The notes below the pieces were generated by a model. It searched no databases. It was not told where the DNA came from and saw nothing but the letters and a program-made list of their open reading frames with translations. Shown here piece by piece: positions 1 to 12,630 of a stretch of 64,000 nt of DNA. Within the stretch, counting starts at the first letter, position 1; each line of letters opens with the position of its first letter. This DNA is from Octopus sinensis (lineage: Eukaryota): positions 11,532,001 to 11,596,000 of the forward strand of contig NC_043013.1 of the NCBI RefSeq assembly GCF_006345805.1, written 5' to 3'. The translations under genes and the position numbers were made by a program.

Positions 1-430
1 CGGTAGATTTATTAAACGTTAAGTATTATCAGAATTGTTAATGTTGTCAGTACCCCTTTAAGTGGAAATGGGGAACAATACATAACGGCCAGACAATTTT
101 TATAAACACTGCGGGAGTTATTTCCCTTCAGTAGCAAAACCATAATTCAATAGTCTATATAATGCTGATGGGGTTCGGAGAATATATCAGATATTTCGTG
201 CACACACGCACTGAAATGCATTCAGGCAAGCATGCTTACACGATTTCACACTAATCCATACCACTTATACTTTCATACTCACACACACATATGTACAAAC
301 TCAAATACGCATGAACACACGCACACACACGTCCACATACATTTTTATACACGCATAAAAAAGATACATTGACTCCGGCAATTCTCTACATTATCAACAT
401 TGCTAGCAGTCGTGTGTGTCTCAGTTTATT

Positions 431-451
431 TATCTATTCATCTATCTATTC

Positions 452-518
<67 letters not shown>

Positions 519-534
519 AGTCTCAAATTCTCAC

Positions 535-577
<43 letters not shown>

Positions 578-598
578 ATATATATAAATGTATGTATG

Positions 599-642
<44 letters not shown>
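431..642. repeat. Compound microsatellite (TATC)n-(TC)n-(TA)n
   Basis: Directly visible tandem units; explains the ORFs at 369-787. Confidence 0.95.
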
Positions 643-644
<2 letters not shown>

Positions 645-648
645 TTGT

Positions 649-805
649 CGGAGGGCGCTGGAGTGGTAAGAATCGGGCTTTCAAACATATGGTTCTGAGT
701 TCAGTCCCACTGCGTGGCACCTTGGCATGTGTCTTCTACTATAGCCTCTGGCTAACCAAGCCTTGTCAGTGGATTGGTAGAAGGTAGAAGGAAACTGAAA
801 GCCCG

Positions 806-847
<42 letters not shown>

Positions 848-1172
848 ATATGTACGTATGTATGTATGTATGTATGTATGTATGTATGATGTATGTATGT
901 ATGTATGTATGTACGTAGTATGTATGTATGTATGTATTATGTATGTATGTGTGTGTCTCTGGTGTGTGCATGTATCTATTTCTGTGCCTGTTTTGTACCT
1001 GCACCATCACTAACAACCGATGCTTGTGTGTTTATGTCCGCAAAACATAATGGTTCGGCAAAATAAATCGATAGAATAAGTATAAGTCTTGGGGTCGATT
1101 TGTTCGACTAAGTGCAGTGCTCAAGCATGGCGGCAGTCAAATGACTGAAACGTGAAAATGAATAAAAGAAAG
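649..1172 (+). mobile_element. SINE family A (tRNA-like head, internal microsatellite, CR1-type tail), diverged copy
   Basis: Head GGTTCTGAGTTCAGTCCCACTGCGTGGCACCTTGG, internal (TA)n/(TATG)n and tail GCATGGCGGCAGTCAAATGACTGAAAC match the young copies at 14530 and 45811. Confidence 0.85.
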
Positions 1173-1190
1173 AAAAAATATACATATATT

Positions 1191-1345
1191 TGACAACCGG
1201 TAGTGGTGGGTTTACATCCCTCTCACTTTGTGGTTCGGCAAAAGAGAAGAAAGAATAAGTGCTAAGCGTTCAAAACAAATCCTGGGCCGAACCGTCGAAT
1301 AAAATAATTGAAGGCGGTGCCCCAGGATGTCCTCCGATCACAATA
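1191..1345 (+). mobile_element. SINE family A, 3' half fragment
   Basis: TGACAACCGG...GGTTCGGCAAAAGAG...GAATAAGT...GAAGGCGGTGCCCCAG matches the family A 3' half. Confidence 0.7.
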
Positions 1346-1366
1346 CTCCAGTGCCAAATTCTGAAG

Positions 1367-1489
1367 AGAGAGAGAGAGAGAGAGAGAGAGGAGATGAGAG
1401 AGGGAGAGAGAGAGAGAGGAGAGGAGCGAGAGCGAGAGAGGGAGAAGAGAGAGAGAGAGAGGAGGGAGAGAGAGAGAGAGAGAGAGAGA
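1367..1489. repeat. (GA)n microsatellite
   Basis: Visible imperfect GA run. Confidence 0.95.
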
Positions 1490-1687
1490 TATCGTGGGAA
1501 AATAGGTAAGTAGGAGAAACGTTATCGCATTACTCGACTCGAAACCACAAATGGCAAAATTGACAACGCCGTGATTTGAACTCACATCTCTGCGCGTGTG
1601 CATGCGTGCGTATATATGTATATACACACACACCACACACACACATACATATATATAATTAGAAATAATGATATTTATATATAATGT

Positions 1688-1897
1688 AGGCACAAGCGTG
1701 ACTGAATGGTAAGAAGTTTGCTTTTGAACCATATATTCCAGGTTCAGTCTTACTGCATGCCACGTTCAGAGAATATCGTCTATGGTTCGACAAAACCCTT
1801 GCGAATGGATTTGGTGGAAAGAACCCCGTCGCACATACATACATGCATACATACACACATGCATACGTACATGCATACATACATACATACTACATAC

Positions 1898-1944
<47 letters not shown>

Positions 1945-2522
1945 TGTGTGTAAGTGTGTATGTGTGTGCGCGTATAAATATATTAATCGAAGGACATATT
2001 AATGTGTCTACCCGCTAGAAATAAGACTTAAAACCCTCATTTGGACCGCCAAAAATTATTTACACTGAAAATAACAGATTCAACAGTATACGGGCGATCG
2101 AACCGCAAGAAAATCCCTCACATACTTATATAGCATAAAACTATATAGTTAAAGGAATAGATAGATAAGTGGACCGGTTTCTGGTTTGATACTCAGATCT
2201 TTCCTTATTCAGTATATCTTATCCCTTTGTAACATCTTCCCAATCCGCCAGGTTGAAATCTGTTGACGTCCTTAATTGCTTAACGTCAAATTGTGGACAG
2301 CGTCTGGGTGAAAAATACTAATCATCATGTATATATGTATGTGTGTGTCTTTATATCTGCGTTCGTCCCCCTCCGCTGCTTGATAACCAGGTTCGGTGTT
2401 TTTATGTACCCCACCACAACTTAGCATTTCGGCACAAGGAACCAGGATTTAAAATGTAAGTCATAGCGTCGATTTGTTCGACTAAAATTCTGGCCGCTGG
2501 GTTATAAGTGAAATAAGTAAAA
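1688..2522 (+). mobile_element. Old SINE family A copy split by microsatellite and an unidentified insert
   Basis: Diverged head at 1688-1830 and diverged 3' half at about 2330-2522. Confidence 0.55.
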
Positions 2523-2788
2523 GACAAATTGAAATATAAACGTGCAGGCGCGGCTGTATAGTAAGAAGCTTGCTTCTCAATTACAAAGTTCCGGGTTCAG
2601 TCCCACTGTATGACACCTCGGGCAAGTGTCTCCTACTATGGCCTAGGGCTCGCCAAATTTTTGTGAGTAGACCTGGTTGACGAAAACTGAAAGAAGCCCG
2701 TCGTATATATGTGTGTGTGTGTATATATATATAGTATATATACATATATATGTGTGTGTGTGTTTGTGTATATATATATACACACATA

Positions 2789-3996
2789 CAGGGCTTGGAC
2801 AGAATAATGGAAACACATAGCATCATAATTCTGAAATATCCATAAAACCGCCAAAAACTTGTTTATTTTTATGTTTTTTGATTTATTATTAGTGTTGCTT
2901 AATATGTTTTGGTAAGTTTGCTGTTTCTTTTCAAATATCATCAGGCAAAGGTAATCAAAATTCATTAAAATGACAGATTTATTGGACTTTCAAAGAGGTC
3001 AAATTGTTGGTGCTCGTATGGCAGGCGCTGGCATATCGAAAACAGCCGAAATGTTTGTTGTATCAAGAAGTATTGTCTCGAAAGTAATGACAGCCTTTGA
3101 GAAAGAGGGAAAAACCTCCTCGTCCAAACAAAACTCCGGAAGGAAACGATAACTTTCAGATAGGGACCATCGGACTCTTACACGAATTTTTAGAAACGAT
3201 CACAAAAGTACAGCTCCTTAACTTACTGCTGAGCTTAATGACCACGTCGAGAACCCAGTTTCAACAAAAGCTGTTCTACGGGAGCTGCACAAACCGGATT
3301 TCACAGGAGGGCTGCAATCAGAAAACTACTACTTTCAAAAACAAACTACAGAATTGATCCCTAGAGCAATGGAAGAATGTTATTTTCCGACGAGTCATCC
3401 TTTAGCTTATTTCCGACGACTGACCGAGTATACCTGTGGAGACAGCCAAAAGAAGCATTTGACTCATAGTGCATTCTTGCGACGATCTGGGGGTGGAATA
3501 TATCTTGAAAATCCGCCGGACCAACGGTTTCTCTTCATGACAGAATTAATACTCAAGACAATTTAAGCAATTTATTTGATCAAATTCATCCTATGTTTGC
3601 AGAACTGTTTCCGGATGGAAACGCAATCATTCAGGATGATAATGCGCCGATTCACACAGCTAAATTTGTTACTGAATGGCACGAGGAACACCCTAGTGAA
3701 GTTGAACATATTATCTAGCCACCACAGTCCTCAGATCTCAATATTATCGAACATTTATGGTGCATTTTAGAAAAACAAGTAAGGAGTCGATATCCTCCAT
3801 CATCATCACTACAAGAACTGGAGACTGCTGTAGCTGAAGAATGGACGAAAATTCCTTTGGAAACAATTCAAACTTTGTGCGAGTCAATATCTCGTGGAAT
3901 TCAAGCTGCAATTACTGCCAAAGTCGTTCGTACCCCATTTTAAATTAAACTTGTTTGAAAGTCTAAGGTGTTTTCCATTATTTTATCTGACCCCTG
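2789..3996 (+). mobile_element. Tc1-family DNA transposon, full length (about 1.2 kb), degenerate
   Basis: TIRs CAGGGCTTGGACAGAATAATGGAAACAC / GTGTTTTCCATTATTTTATCTGACCCCTG, flanked by TA at 2787-2788 and 3997-3998. Confidence 0.93.
2970..3940 (+). pseudogene. Tc1 (DD34E) transposase, frameshifted and with stops
   Basis: N-terminal HTH MTDLLDFQRGQIVGARMAG...SGRKR; across frames FSDES, FQDDNAPIHTAK and PPQSSDLNIIEHLW motifs. Confidence 0.9.
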
Positions 3997-4340
3997 TATA
4001 TTGTGTGTGTATATCTATGCGTGTCTTTGTGTCTGTGTTACTCCCTCCCCTTAGGGCTTGACAACTAGCGTCAGTGTGACTGCGCCTCGGTAATCAAGCG
4101 GTTTTTCAATAGAGACGAGTAGAATAAGTAATAGAGTTTAAAAATGTCCCAGGGCTAATTTATTCGACAAAAATCCTTGAAGGCGGTGCACCAGCATGGC
4201 CATAGTAAACTGACTGTAACAAGTAAAAAGATAAAAGTATACACACACACATATATATATATACAGTAAATGAGTGACACTGGCGAACCAGCAAATGAAG
4301 ATGTATATAAATGCAAAATATATACACGCACACACACACA

Positions 4341-4417
<77 letters not shown>

Positions 4418-4589
4418 ATCAAAATAAGCAACAGGATATCCACTACGATCGTTTCCAGCGACTCCATCTAATTGAACAATGCAACTATTACATCAATTTA
4501 AATGCAGAGCAATTCTTAGCTCCATATATACATAGAATTAAATTAAATTAAAACAGATTGTCACATTTGTATAATTTTACCTAAAACCT

Positions 4590-5140
4590 CCAAGAAGGTA
4601 TGCAGATAGACAAAGAACATGCTGTCTTCACTTCGGTTTAGAAGCTAAAGCTGACCACAGCATTCTATGAAAAAAACTATCCAAAACTGGGACCTGAGGT
4701 AAACTATTAAAGTGGATTGAATAGAACAGAACACAGGACGTGATGATAGATGGCGTTGGGTCAAGGCTCGGCAAGTGTCATCATTTGAGTCCGACAAGGC
4801 ACTGTATTGAGCCTACTCAAAAACCAGCAGTTTTAGAATTTTCGCAGATGACTCTCACATTCTGAAGGTTAACAAGAGGGTAGGAGGCTAGACTAATCTC
4901 CAATCAGATCTTTTCACAGTTATACGACGGGCGGGAAAACATAATATGCAGCTAAACTAGAATAGATTTGAATTAATTCTCTTCGGCAAAGAAGCTACTC
5001 TAAATCAACTATACACCCTTTCCTTGGGCAAAGACATCGTAGCACAAAATGCCATTAGGTATCTCGGAGTAACCATCCACAACAACTTAAGCTGGAGTAC
5101 CTCCATAAAGAAAACAGTCGACATGGCTCGTAGATCGATC
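4590..5140 (+). mobile_element. CR1-clade LINE reverse transcriptase remnant
   Basis: Broken frames give DHSIL, RQGTVLS, IFADDS and IRYLGVTIHNNLSWSTSI, typical of CR1 RT domains. Confidence 0.75.
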
Positions 5141-6336
5141 ATGGCCCCAAATATCGATCACAAAAAATGGTTAGACTTAATGACAAGTATTCATTATGTA
5201 TATATATATATGTATATTACAGACATTCAAAGCAAGTTATGTAATTTTCATTAACCGATCCTACAGTACAGCAATAAGTTTCTGGCGCTTCTCTACTTAA
5301 AATGGCTGCTTGTGGGCAAATTTTTCAGCTTTGTAAGAGTAAGTTACTCAATATTTCTGCTGTTCTAATGGTGTCTATGCGTTCGAAAATAAATTATCAT
5401 TTAAAAAAATCTATTTTCCGTTACTTCATATGTACCTTGTTGCAAGCTGTCTTTCGTAATCATGCATGATTCTTACAAATGGAAATTCTGAATGCGTTCT
5501 GGATCAGTTTTTACATCTCTTATATTTTTCTTTAATATTTCATATGCTTTAGTCATTGGACAGTGTCTATGCTTTTAACGGCTTTAGTCGATCAAATAGA
5601 CCCCAGTACTCACTATATCGGTACCTTCAGGCTAGCAGCTAGATTACGAGGACGTAAACAAGCAGTGTGGAGCGGGGGAGGCAAATATATATTCTTGTTT
5701 CTTATTTTGATTTTAATCACCTTACTTTGAAATTGTATAAATAATACCGTACTAAATTCTGGTGCCTCAACTTAAGTACCATATTCATCTACCATACCCA
5801 AAGTATATGTATATATATATACATATACATATGTATATATATATTAGTTTTACGTATTATTATTATTGTTTTTACGTATTTTTGTATTCATATTCGTGTA
5901 ACATCGTCCGTTTTCCGTCTTTGGTTTGTATACATTCGAGGCTTTCTTCCAAGGAATCTAATGCGCTTAGCTTAGATTTTCTTTGGGGCTGGCCAGATCG
6001 GAGCAATCTCAAGATTAATCTGCCGAAATTGCGAGGATGATCCGGTTCTTGACTGAAGATTGAAGGTTTCGAATATCCCGTCTGTTTTTTTTGTATCGTC
6101 TTCTAAATGTTTTGCGTTCTTGTCCCAGTTTGTATTTTTTTACATATAAATATATATATGTATATATGTATGTATGTATGTATGCATGTATGTATGTATG
6201 TATGTATGTATGTATGTATGTATGTATGTATGTATGTATATTTACTTATTATATTATATATTTATCATTCATTTTATACTTCTTGAGATCTAGTTTATAA
6301 GTTGTATATTTATATAAAAAATTATATATATATATC

Positions 6337-6722
6337 CTCTTTTACCTCTTTTACTTGTTTCAGTCATTTGACTGTGGCCATGCTGGAGCACCACCTTTCG
6401 TCGAGAAAATCGACCCCATGACTTATTTTTTGTAAGCCTAGTACTTATTCTATCCGTCTCTTTTGCCGAACCGCTAAGTTACGGGGATGTAAACACACCA
6501 GCATCGGCTGTCAAGATGTTGGGGGAGGACAAACACAGACACACAAACGTATACACACACACACATACATATAGATATATACATATATATTTGGGCTTCT
6601 TTCAGTTTCCACCTACCGAATCCACTCACAAGGCTTTGGTCGGCGCAAGGCTATAGTAGAAGACATTTGCCCAAGGTGCCATGCAGTGGTACTGAACCCG
6701 GAACCATATGATTCGGCAGCAA
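6337..6722 (-). mobile_element. SINE family A, near full length
   Basis: Reverse complement of the family A consensus, from tail CTCTTTTACTTGTTTCAGTCATTTGACTG to head GAACCCGGAACCATATG. Confidence 0.9.
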
Positions 6723-7586
6723 ATATATATATATATATATATATATATTATTTGTTATATATATATTGGTTTATGTCTATCACTGTTTGAGTTGCATAAT
6801 AGTGGTTTTATCTCTAATTCATGTTATATATATACATACGTACATAAAAATATACTTAAACATCCACCAGTTTCTCTCTACTAACATACACATATATGGC
6901 ATTGGTCGGCCAGAGGAATGAGACTGTATTGGAGGACACTTGCCCAAGGTACCATTGAGTTGTGCTGACCCTGAAACAATGTGATTTCAATGCCAATTTC
7001 TTAAACATACAACCATTCCGGTCTCGAACATCTTTTCCTTTCTCCCTTTCTTTCCTTCGCTATGTCCTTTATTCTTTCGTTTATATCTAAATCCTTGCCC
7101 TTATCCTATAATTGCTTCACTTCTCGGCCATTTTTCATTCAGCCACGCTTTCTCTTTTTGACATTGTAGCAGTTGAGTGTAAACAACATTCAATGAATAG
7201 CCTAAAATACCTTCAATTAACAAGATTGTATTAAGCTGTTATCTGTTTATATCTATATCCACAAACAAATATTTTATTTCTTCTCTGCACAAACCATCTA
7301 ATAATTATATCTAATTAAAATTACCTTTATATATGCAGTCAACCAAAGACTTCGTTATCGTTTTTGTGTTCACTCTCTGAATATTCCTCTCGACGGTTCC
7401 ACTTCCATTGTTAAAATCCCGTTTCGGAATCGGAGACGTGAAACTCAAAACAACGACAATTAGATATATTAGATTGATCTGATTAATCTAATCAATTAGA
7501 TTAATTGATATATGTTTTGATACTTTAGATTTAGTACCGAGTATTTTCAATGTTTTTCTTATCGAATAGGTCGGAGGCTTTTGCTT

Positions 7587-7849
7587 CCACGTGTTTACAC
7601 ACACTCACACATGTATATATTAAATTGCAACCGTACACAGGTATATGTCGGAATATGTGAGTGGAAGAATATGCATACATAATATATATATAAGTATATA
7701 CATCTGTATCTATATGCATATATATATGCGAGTGTGTGTGTATGTGTGTATGTGTGTTAAAAGAGAGGGAATTATGATAAATGCTGTCTAAAGTTTTATC
7801 ATACACATACATATGTGTATGTATATAAACACACATACATATGTATAAA

Positions 7850-7891
<42 letters not shown>

Positions 7892-8163
7892 TGTTGCACC
7901 ACAATAATTCCAACTATAAGCACGCATGCGTCGAAGTCAGCGTGACAGTAATATGTCAAGGTGAAACTGCGGAAAATTTTTGACTTCTCCTCCTATATAT
8001 AGCTGACGGTAGATACGGTTGTTATGTCTGAGGAGGAAGAGGAAATCACCACGTGATCCGGCACTTCCAGCAGCTGTAGCAGACGATTCCAATCTGTCAT
8101 TGATATAATTACGAGTGCTTTTATTCACCACGTGTCGATATGAGAGCCCCGCTCAAGGTAAAT
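7587..8163 (+). promoter_or_regulatory. Candidate Pol II promoter/first exon (TATA-like box, three CCACGTG E-boxes, splice donor)
   Basis: CCACGTG at 7587, 8049 and 8128; TATATATAG at 7994-8002; locally GC/CpG-enriched; donor-like CTCAAG|GTAAAT at 8157/8158. Inference only. Confidence 0.3.
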
Positions 8164-8593
8164 AACACTGTAGTCTCGGTTGTAAGACAAAATTCACGTA
8201 AAGTTTGAGATCAAAACTTTCTTTCGGTATTAATACAGTTACTCTGAATTATAATTATAATATAATTATTATTATAATTAAAACATAGAATTGTTATAAT
8301 GGAGTTGTTGAAGTATAAAAATATCATGGAAAGAAAGAATAAGACATTTTGCATAAAGTCTCCTATAGCACTTTCTAGGATAACTGCGTATATTGTGGAT
8401 TTCTAAGCAAATTATGATTTCCATATGAAAGACAACAACAACAACTTCAGAGACGAAAGAATCAAGGAATATTCTTATTAAAAGTTACTAGTAATTACCA
8501 GCTCCAGAATTATCTTTGGATTATGAATTCATTGCTCTAAATTGGTACAATGTTTTGCTTGTTCATTCTTTCTTTGTAATATATATCTACCAG

Positions 8594-8692
8594 CTCAATG
8601 GTTAATCACCTATAGCCAGTCATTCTTAAGCAGCTACAATATCACTCCTGCCTTAGTTGCAGTTCAAGATGGAGTTTTTATGATTAACCAAC
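8594..8692 (+). CDS. Candidate internal coding exon (99 nt, phase 1-1), product unknown
   Basis: Pyrimidine-rich acceptor ...TCTACCAG|, donor AAC|GTGAGC, length divisible by 3, one open frame (QWLITYSQSFLSSYNITPALVAVQDGVFMINQ). No family recognised. Confidence 0.3.
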
Positions 8693-8818
8693 GTGAGCAC
8701 TTATTGAATATGTCTATTACATCACATCATTAGACGCAATTCTCTCTCATCACTGCTCTCTCTCTCTCTCTCCTCTCTCTCTCTTCTCTCTCTCTTCTCT
8801 CTATCTCGTATATATCTA

Positions 8819-8857
<39 letters not shown>

Positions 8858-9011
8858 ATAATAATAATAATATAATGATGAGGGGAATATTATTCCAAAC
8901 TTACAGGGAAAAATTCAATTTAGAAATACTAAATCAAATTTCACAAATATCAATAATATATTATATATATAATTTAGAAAAAAATAATATACGTTTTATA
9001 TATATAGCTTT

Positions 9012-9060
<49 letters not shown>

Positions 9061-9414
9061 GTTTTATATATATACATATATACCAAATATATGCGTTTTA
9101 TTTACTATTTTGCATATTACTTAATTATTAATAAATCTCTGGACATCCCTTTGCAAATAGCATAAGAGCACAGAAAGTGTGCCCAAAGCCAGCTGGAGAC
9201 GATGATCTCCTGGGGCTACAAGCTACAGTAACACCCACCCTTAGTGGTTAGCCATATTGAGATGGCAAGTATACCTTACTTAATTATTGTTATATGTTTT
9301 ATCTTATATTGAATCTTTCTATAACATGTAATTTTTTCTAAATGGTATAATTTAATTTTTCATTATTGAATTGATAAAGGGTGTTATTTTTTCTAATTTA
9401 TATATCTATATCTA

Positions 9415-9481
<67 letters not shown>

Positions 9482-9483
9482 AT

Positions 9484-9845
9484 TATTCTTTTATTCTTTT
9501 ACTGGTTTCAGCCAGAAGCTGGGGTCATGTTGGAGCATCGCTTGTCACTGCTTTTGGGTTCCTATTTGTCCTGTTTTTGGTGAAGAAGCGAGTTACTACG
9601 ATGAAGGCTCACCTGGGATTTCAGATAGAAATTTGTCCAGGTGCTTTTAGAAAGTCTCCACATCTACACCTCGCAAATCTCTGAGGTTGTTTGGCAGCAT
9701 GTTTAACCGTCGTGAACCCCTGAAACCCAATCTATTGCAATACTAAGGTCCTTATCCGAGATCAAGAAAGAGGGACTTTTAGTAATATGCAGTGCCGTCC
9801 AGTTTGTTGGTTGGTATAGCTTTTAATTCTAAAGTTCGGAGCTGT
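9484..9845 (-). mobile_element. CR1 LINE 3' end fragment with terminal stem-loop tail
   Basis: Minus strand encodes TGRHCIL...CNRLGFRGSRRLNMLPNNLRDLRGVDVETF...LDKFLSEIPGEP, homologous to 32340-32560, followed by the tail GCGATGCTCCAACATGACCCCAGCTTCTGGCTGAAAC. Confidence 0.8.
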
Positions 9846-9920
9846 ACATACATACATTTATACATACATACATACATACATACATACATACATACATACA
9901 TGCATACATACATACATACA

Positions 9921-9954
<34 letters not shown>

Positions 9955-10153
9955 CATACATGCATACATACATACATACATACATACATACATACATACA
10001 TACATACATGCATGCATACATACATACATACATACATACATACATACATACACACATGCATGAATACATACATACATACATACATACACACATGCATGCA
10101 TACATACATATATACATACATACATACATACATACATACATACATACATACAT
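9846..10153. repeat. (TACA)n microsatellite, about 300 bp
   Basis: Visible; source of the MYVC/HTYI ORFs. Confidence 0.97.
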
Positions 10154-10641
10154 ACAGACAGTACAGACAGACAGACAGATATAACTTTCTGTCTCTCTGC
10201 TTGCCCGTCTGTCTGTTTATCTAGCTATGCGTCTATATATATATGTAAAGGTGTAAAGGATTATCTTATGAATTTCAGTAGCTTACCACTGTTTCAGGTG
10301 TAAAATGAATTAGACCCATAGTTGAGTGTCTAAGTAACACCCTATAAATTCATCAGAGCCTCGAATATGGAGCATATATATGTCTGCGCTTGTTCGAAGT
10401 ATAACATTATTTACATTGTATATGAATGGAAAACGTAAAAATATAATAACCGTAACAACAACGAAGGGGCCATATTGACAAAATATATCGTGGTCATATA
10501 TATTTCATACACCTCACATGTTCAATATAGAACTCATATATAAAGAATAACAAAGATACAAATAAAAAATAAAAACGCTAATATAAAATAAACGAACAAT
10601 GAAATAAATCCACCACCTGTCCACCTATCTTTCTCTCGTTC

Positions 10642-10644
<3 letters not shown>

Positions 10645-10712
<68 letters not shown>

Positions 10713-10887
10713 TATATATATATAATATATATATATGTATATATATATATGTGTATATATATATGTATAGTCTATATGTATGTATATATATATGTGTATA
10801 TATATATACACGCGCAAATATACATCCATACATATATATATATATATACATGTATGTATATATATAAACATATATATACATATATAA

Positions 10888-10920
<33 letters not shown>

Positions 10921-10950
10921 TACATACATATATGTGTGCGTGTGTGTGTA
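10645..10950. repeat. (TA)n / degenerate TA-TG microsatellite
   Basis: Visible. Confidence 0.95.
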
Positions 10951-11789
10951 TGTGCGAAGATAATCCGGCGAAGGACTGTAGGCCAGACATATTTTTGAGC
11001 AGCGAGAATAGCGTCTTTGTTTATTGGTTTCTTTGAAAGGATTGTAATGTTTCCTGTGTCAGAGGAAATACCAAGACGGTGTCTAGCTGGCATCTAAGAT
11101 GGCTAATAGGCGAAACGACTTTGTCTTGTAACCCTGGACCACATTTCATTGTTATTGTTTTTTGCTGGTGTCATTTTACTGGGCTAAAACTTCAAAATTT
11201 TTTCGTCACACATACATAAATGCATGCGTGCACGCACACACACACTAACACAAACACGCACACATGCACACACACACACACACACACACCACACACATAT
11301 ATATATATTGAAATGATTACGCACATACATATATACTTACGTCGGACATTGAATAAGCAAATAATACAAGATTTATGATAGTTCCAGACGTCAGAACATC
11401 GAACATTATAATTGAATGCAAGAATACTTATATATATATATAAATATATACACTCACACGCATACACACACACATACTCATAAACATCACGCACACTATA
11501 TATATATATTATATATATATATATATATATGTGAATATATAAATATATATACACACATATATGTAACTGTACTTAATATAAATATATATATATTATATAT
11601 ATATATATATATATTATATATATGTGTATATGTATATATGTTTGTATGTATGCAAGTGTGCTTGTATGAATGTACGTATATGTATGTACTTATATAGATA
11701 GACAGATTTAAATATTACGCGTAAGGACATATATACGTGTGTTTATTAGAATATAGATTGCTTTTTCTGCTTTTTTAACGATTCGTAAC

Positions 11790-11842
<53 letters not shown>

Positions 11843-11852
11843 CATTATTATT

Positions 11853-11896
<44 letters not shown>

Positions 11897-11924
11897 AATG
11901 ATTACTATCATCATCATCATTATT

Positions 11925-12370
11925 AGTCAGTAGTCTTATCTTATGACATGCTTTCACTGCTCTACTGAGCACAGATCTGTGTGCCTTAGGTATGTGTTGT
12001 GGTTTGTTCTGGTGTTGTTATTTTCACTGTGCTGAAAATGATTTTTGTAGGCTGTGTACAGCGTCTAGTTTCGCTATTTACCCAATGTTATACTCGAAAG
12101 TTCTTTCCTTTGGTTATGCATTTGTTAATATGCTTTTTAACTATACCTAACGTCCTGTTATTATGCAGATGGGTTCCGCTTTTCAGCTTTGGATTTGGGT
12201 TATCTCTATTTGCAGATCTTTTTATTTCGAGTGTTTCTTCGTTTCTTCTAGAGATTTATTGTTGTATATTGGGATTGATATATCAATCAGAAATTATTTT
12301 TCTTGGTGGTCTCGGACAACTATATCCGGTCTATTATCCTTGTTTGTACTGACATATCCCTGAGTATGGT
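11925..12370 (-). mobile_element. R4/Dong-type LINE, diverged 3' end
   Basis: CAGTAGTCTTATC...CTGTGTGCCTTAGGTATGTG is the reverse complement of the 3' UTR at 26409-26505; adjoins the (TTA)n/(ATG)n tract at 11790-11924. Confidence 0.8.
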
Positions 12371-12418
12371 TGCTTTGTCATTTTATCGTTATTGACATTG
12401 TTATTATTATTATTTTAA

Positions 12419-12630
12419 GGTGGCGAGCTGGTGGAATCGTTAGCATGCCGGGCGAAATGTTCAGCAGTATTTCGTCTGTCGATACAGACAGACGAAACAG
12501 AGGTCGACTTCGTCTTTCATCATTTCGGGGTCGATAAAATAAGTACCAGTCGAGCAGTGGTATCAATGTAATCGACTCATCCACTCTCTCCAAATTGCTG
12601 CTCTTGTGGCATAATTTGAAACCATTATTA
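12419..12630 (+). mobile_element. SINE family B (tail type 2), B-box region replaced by a fold-back
   Basis: Head GGTGGCGAGCTGGTGGAATCGTTAGCATGCCGGGCG, central CTTTCATCATTTCGGGGTCGATAAAATAAGTACC, tail AATTTGAAACCATTATTATT. Confidence 0.85.

Larger units (their letters stand above)
2543..4237 (+). mobile_element. SINE family A interrupted by a Tc1 transposon
   Basis: 5' half at 2543-2786 ends in the internal TA/TG repeat; the 3' half resumes at 3997 and ends GAAGGCGGTGCACCAGCATGGCC...AACAAGTAAAAAGATAAAAG. Confidence 0.85.

Noticed and set aside
5880-6130. Possible interspersed repeat of unknown class
   Set aside because: Only one copy in the window and no diagnostic termini or coding motif.
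10270-10365. Minus-strand CTGATGA...GAAAC resembling a hammerhead
   Set aside because: The stem II region is long and poorly paired, and no valid stem III or cleavage triplet could be drawn.
10940-11093. Minus-strand peptide [23 protein letters not shown] with a faint cadherin-like look
   Set aside because: Too short, lacks cadherin Ca-binding motifs, and has no good donor site.
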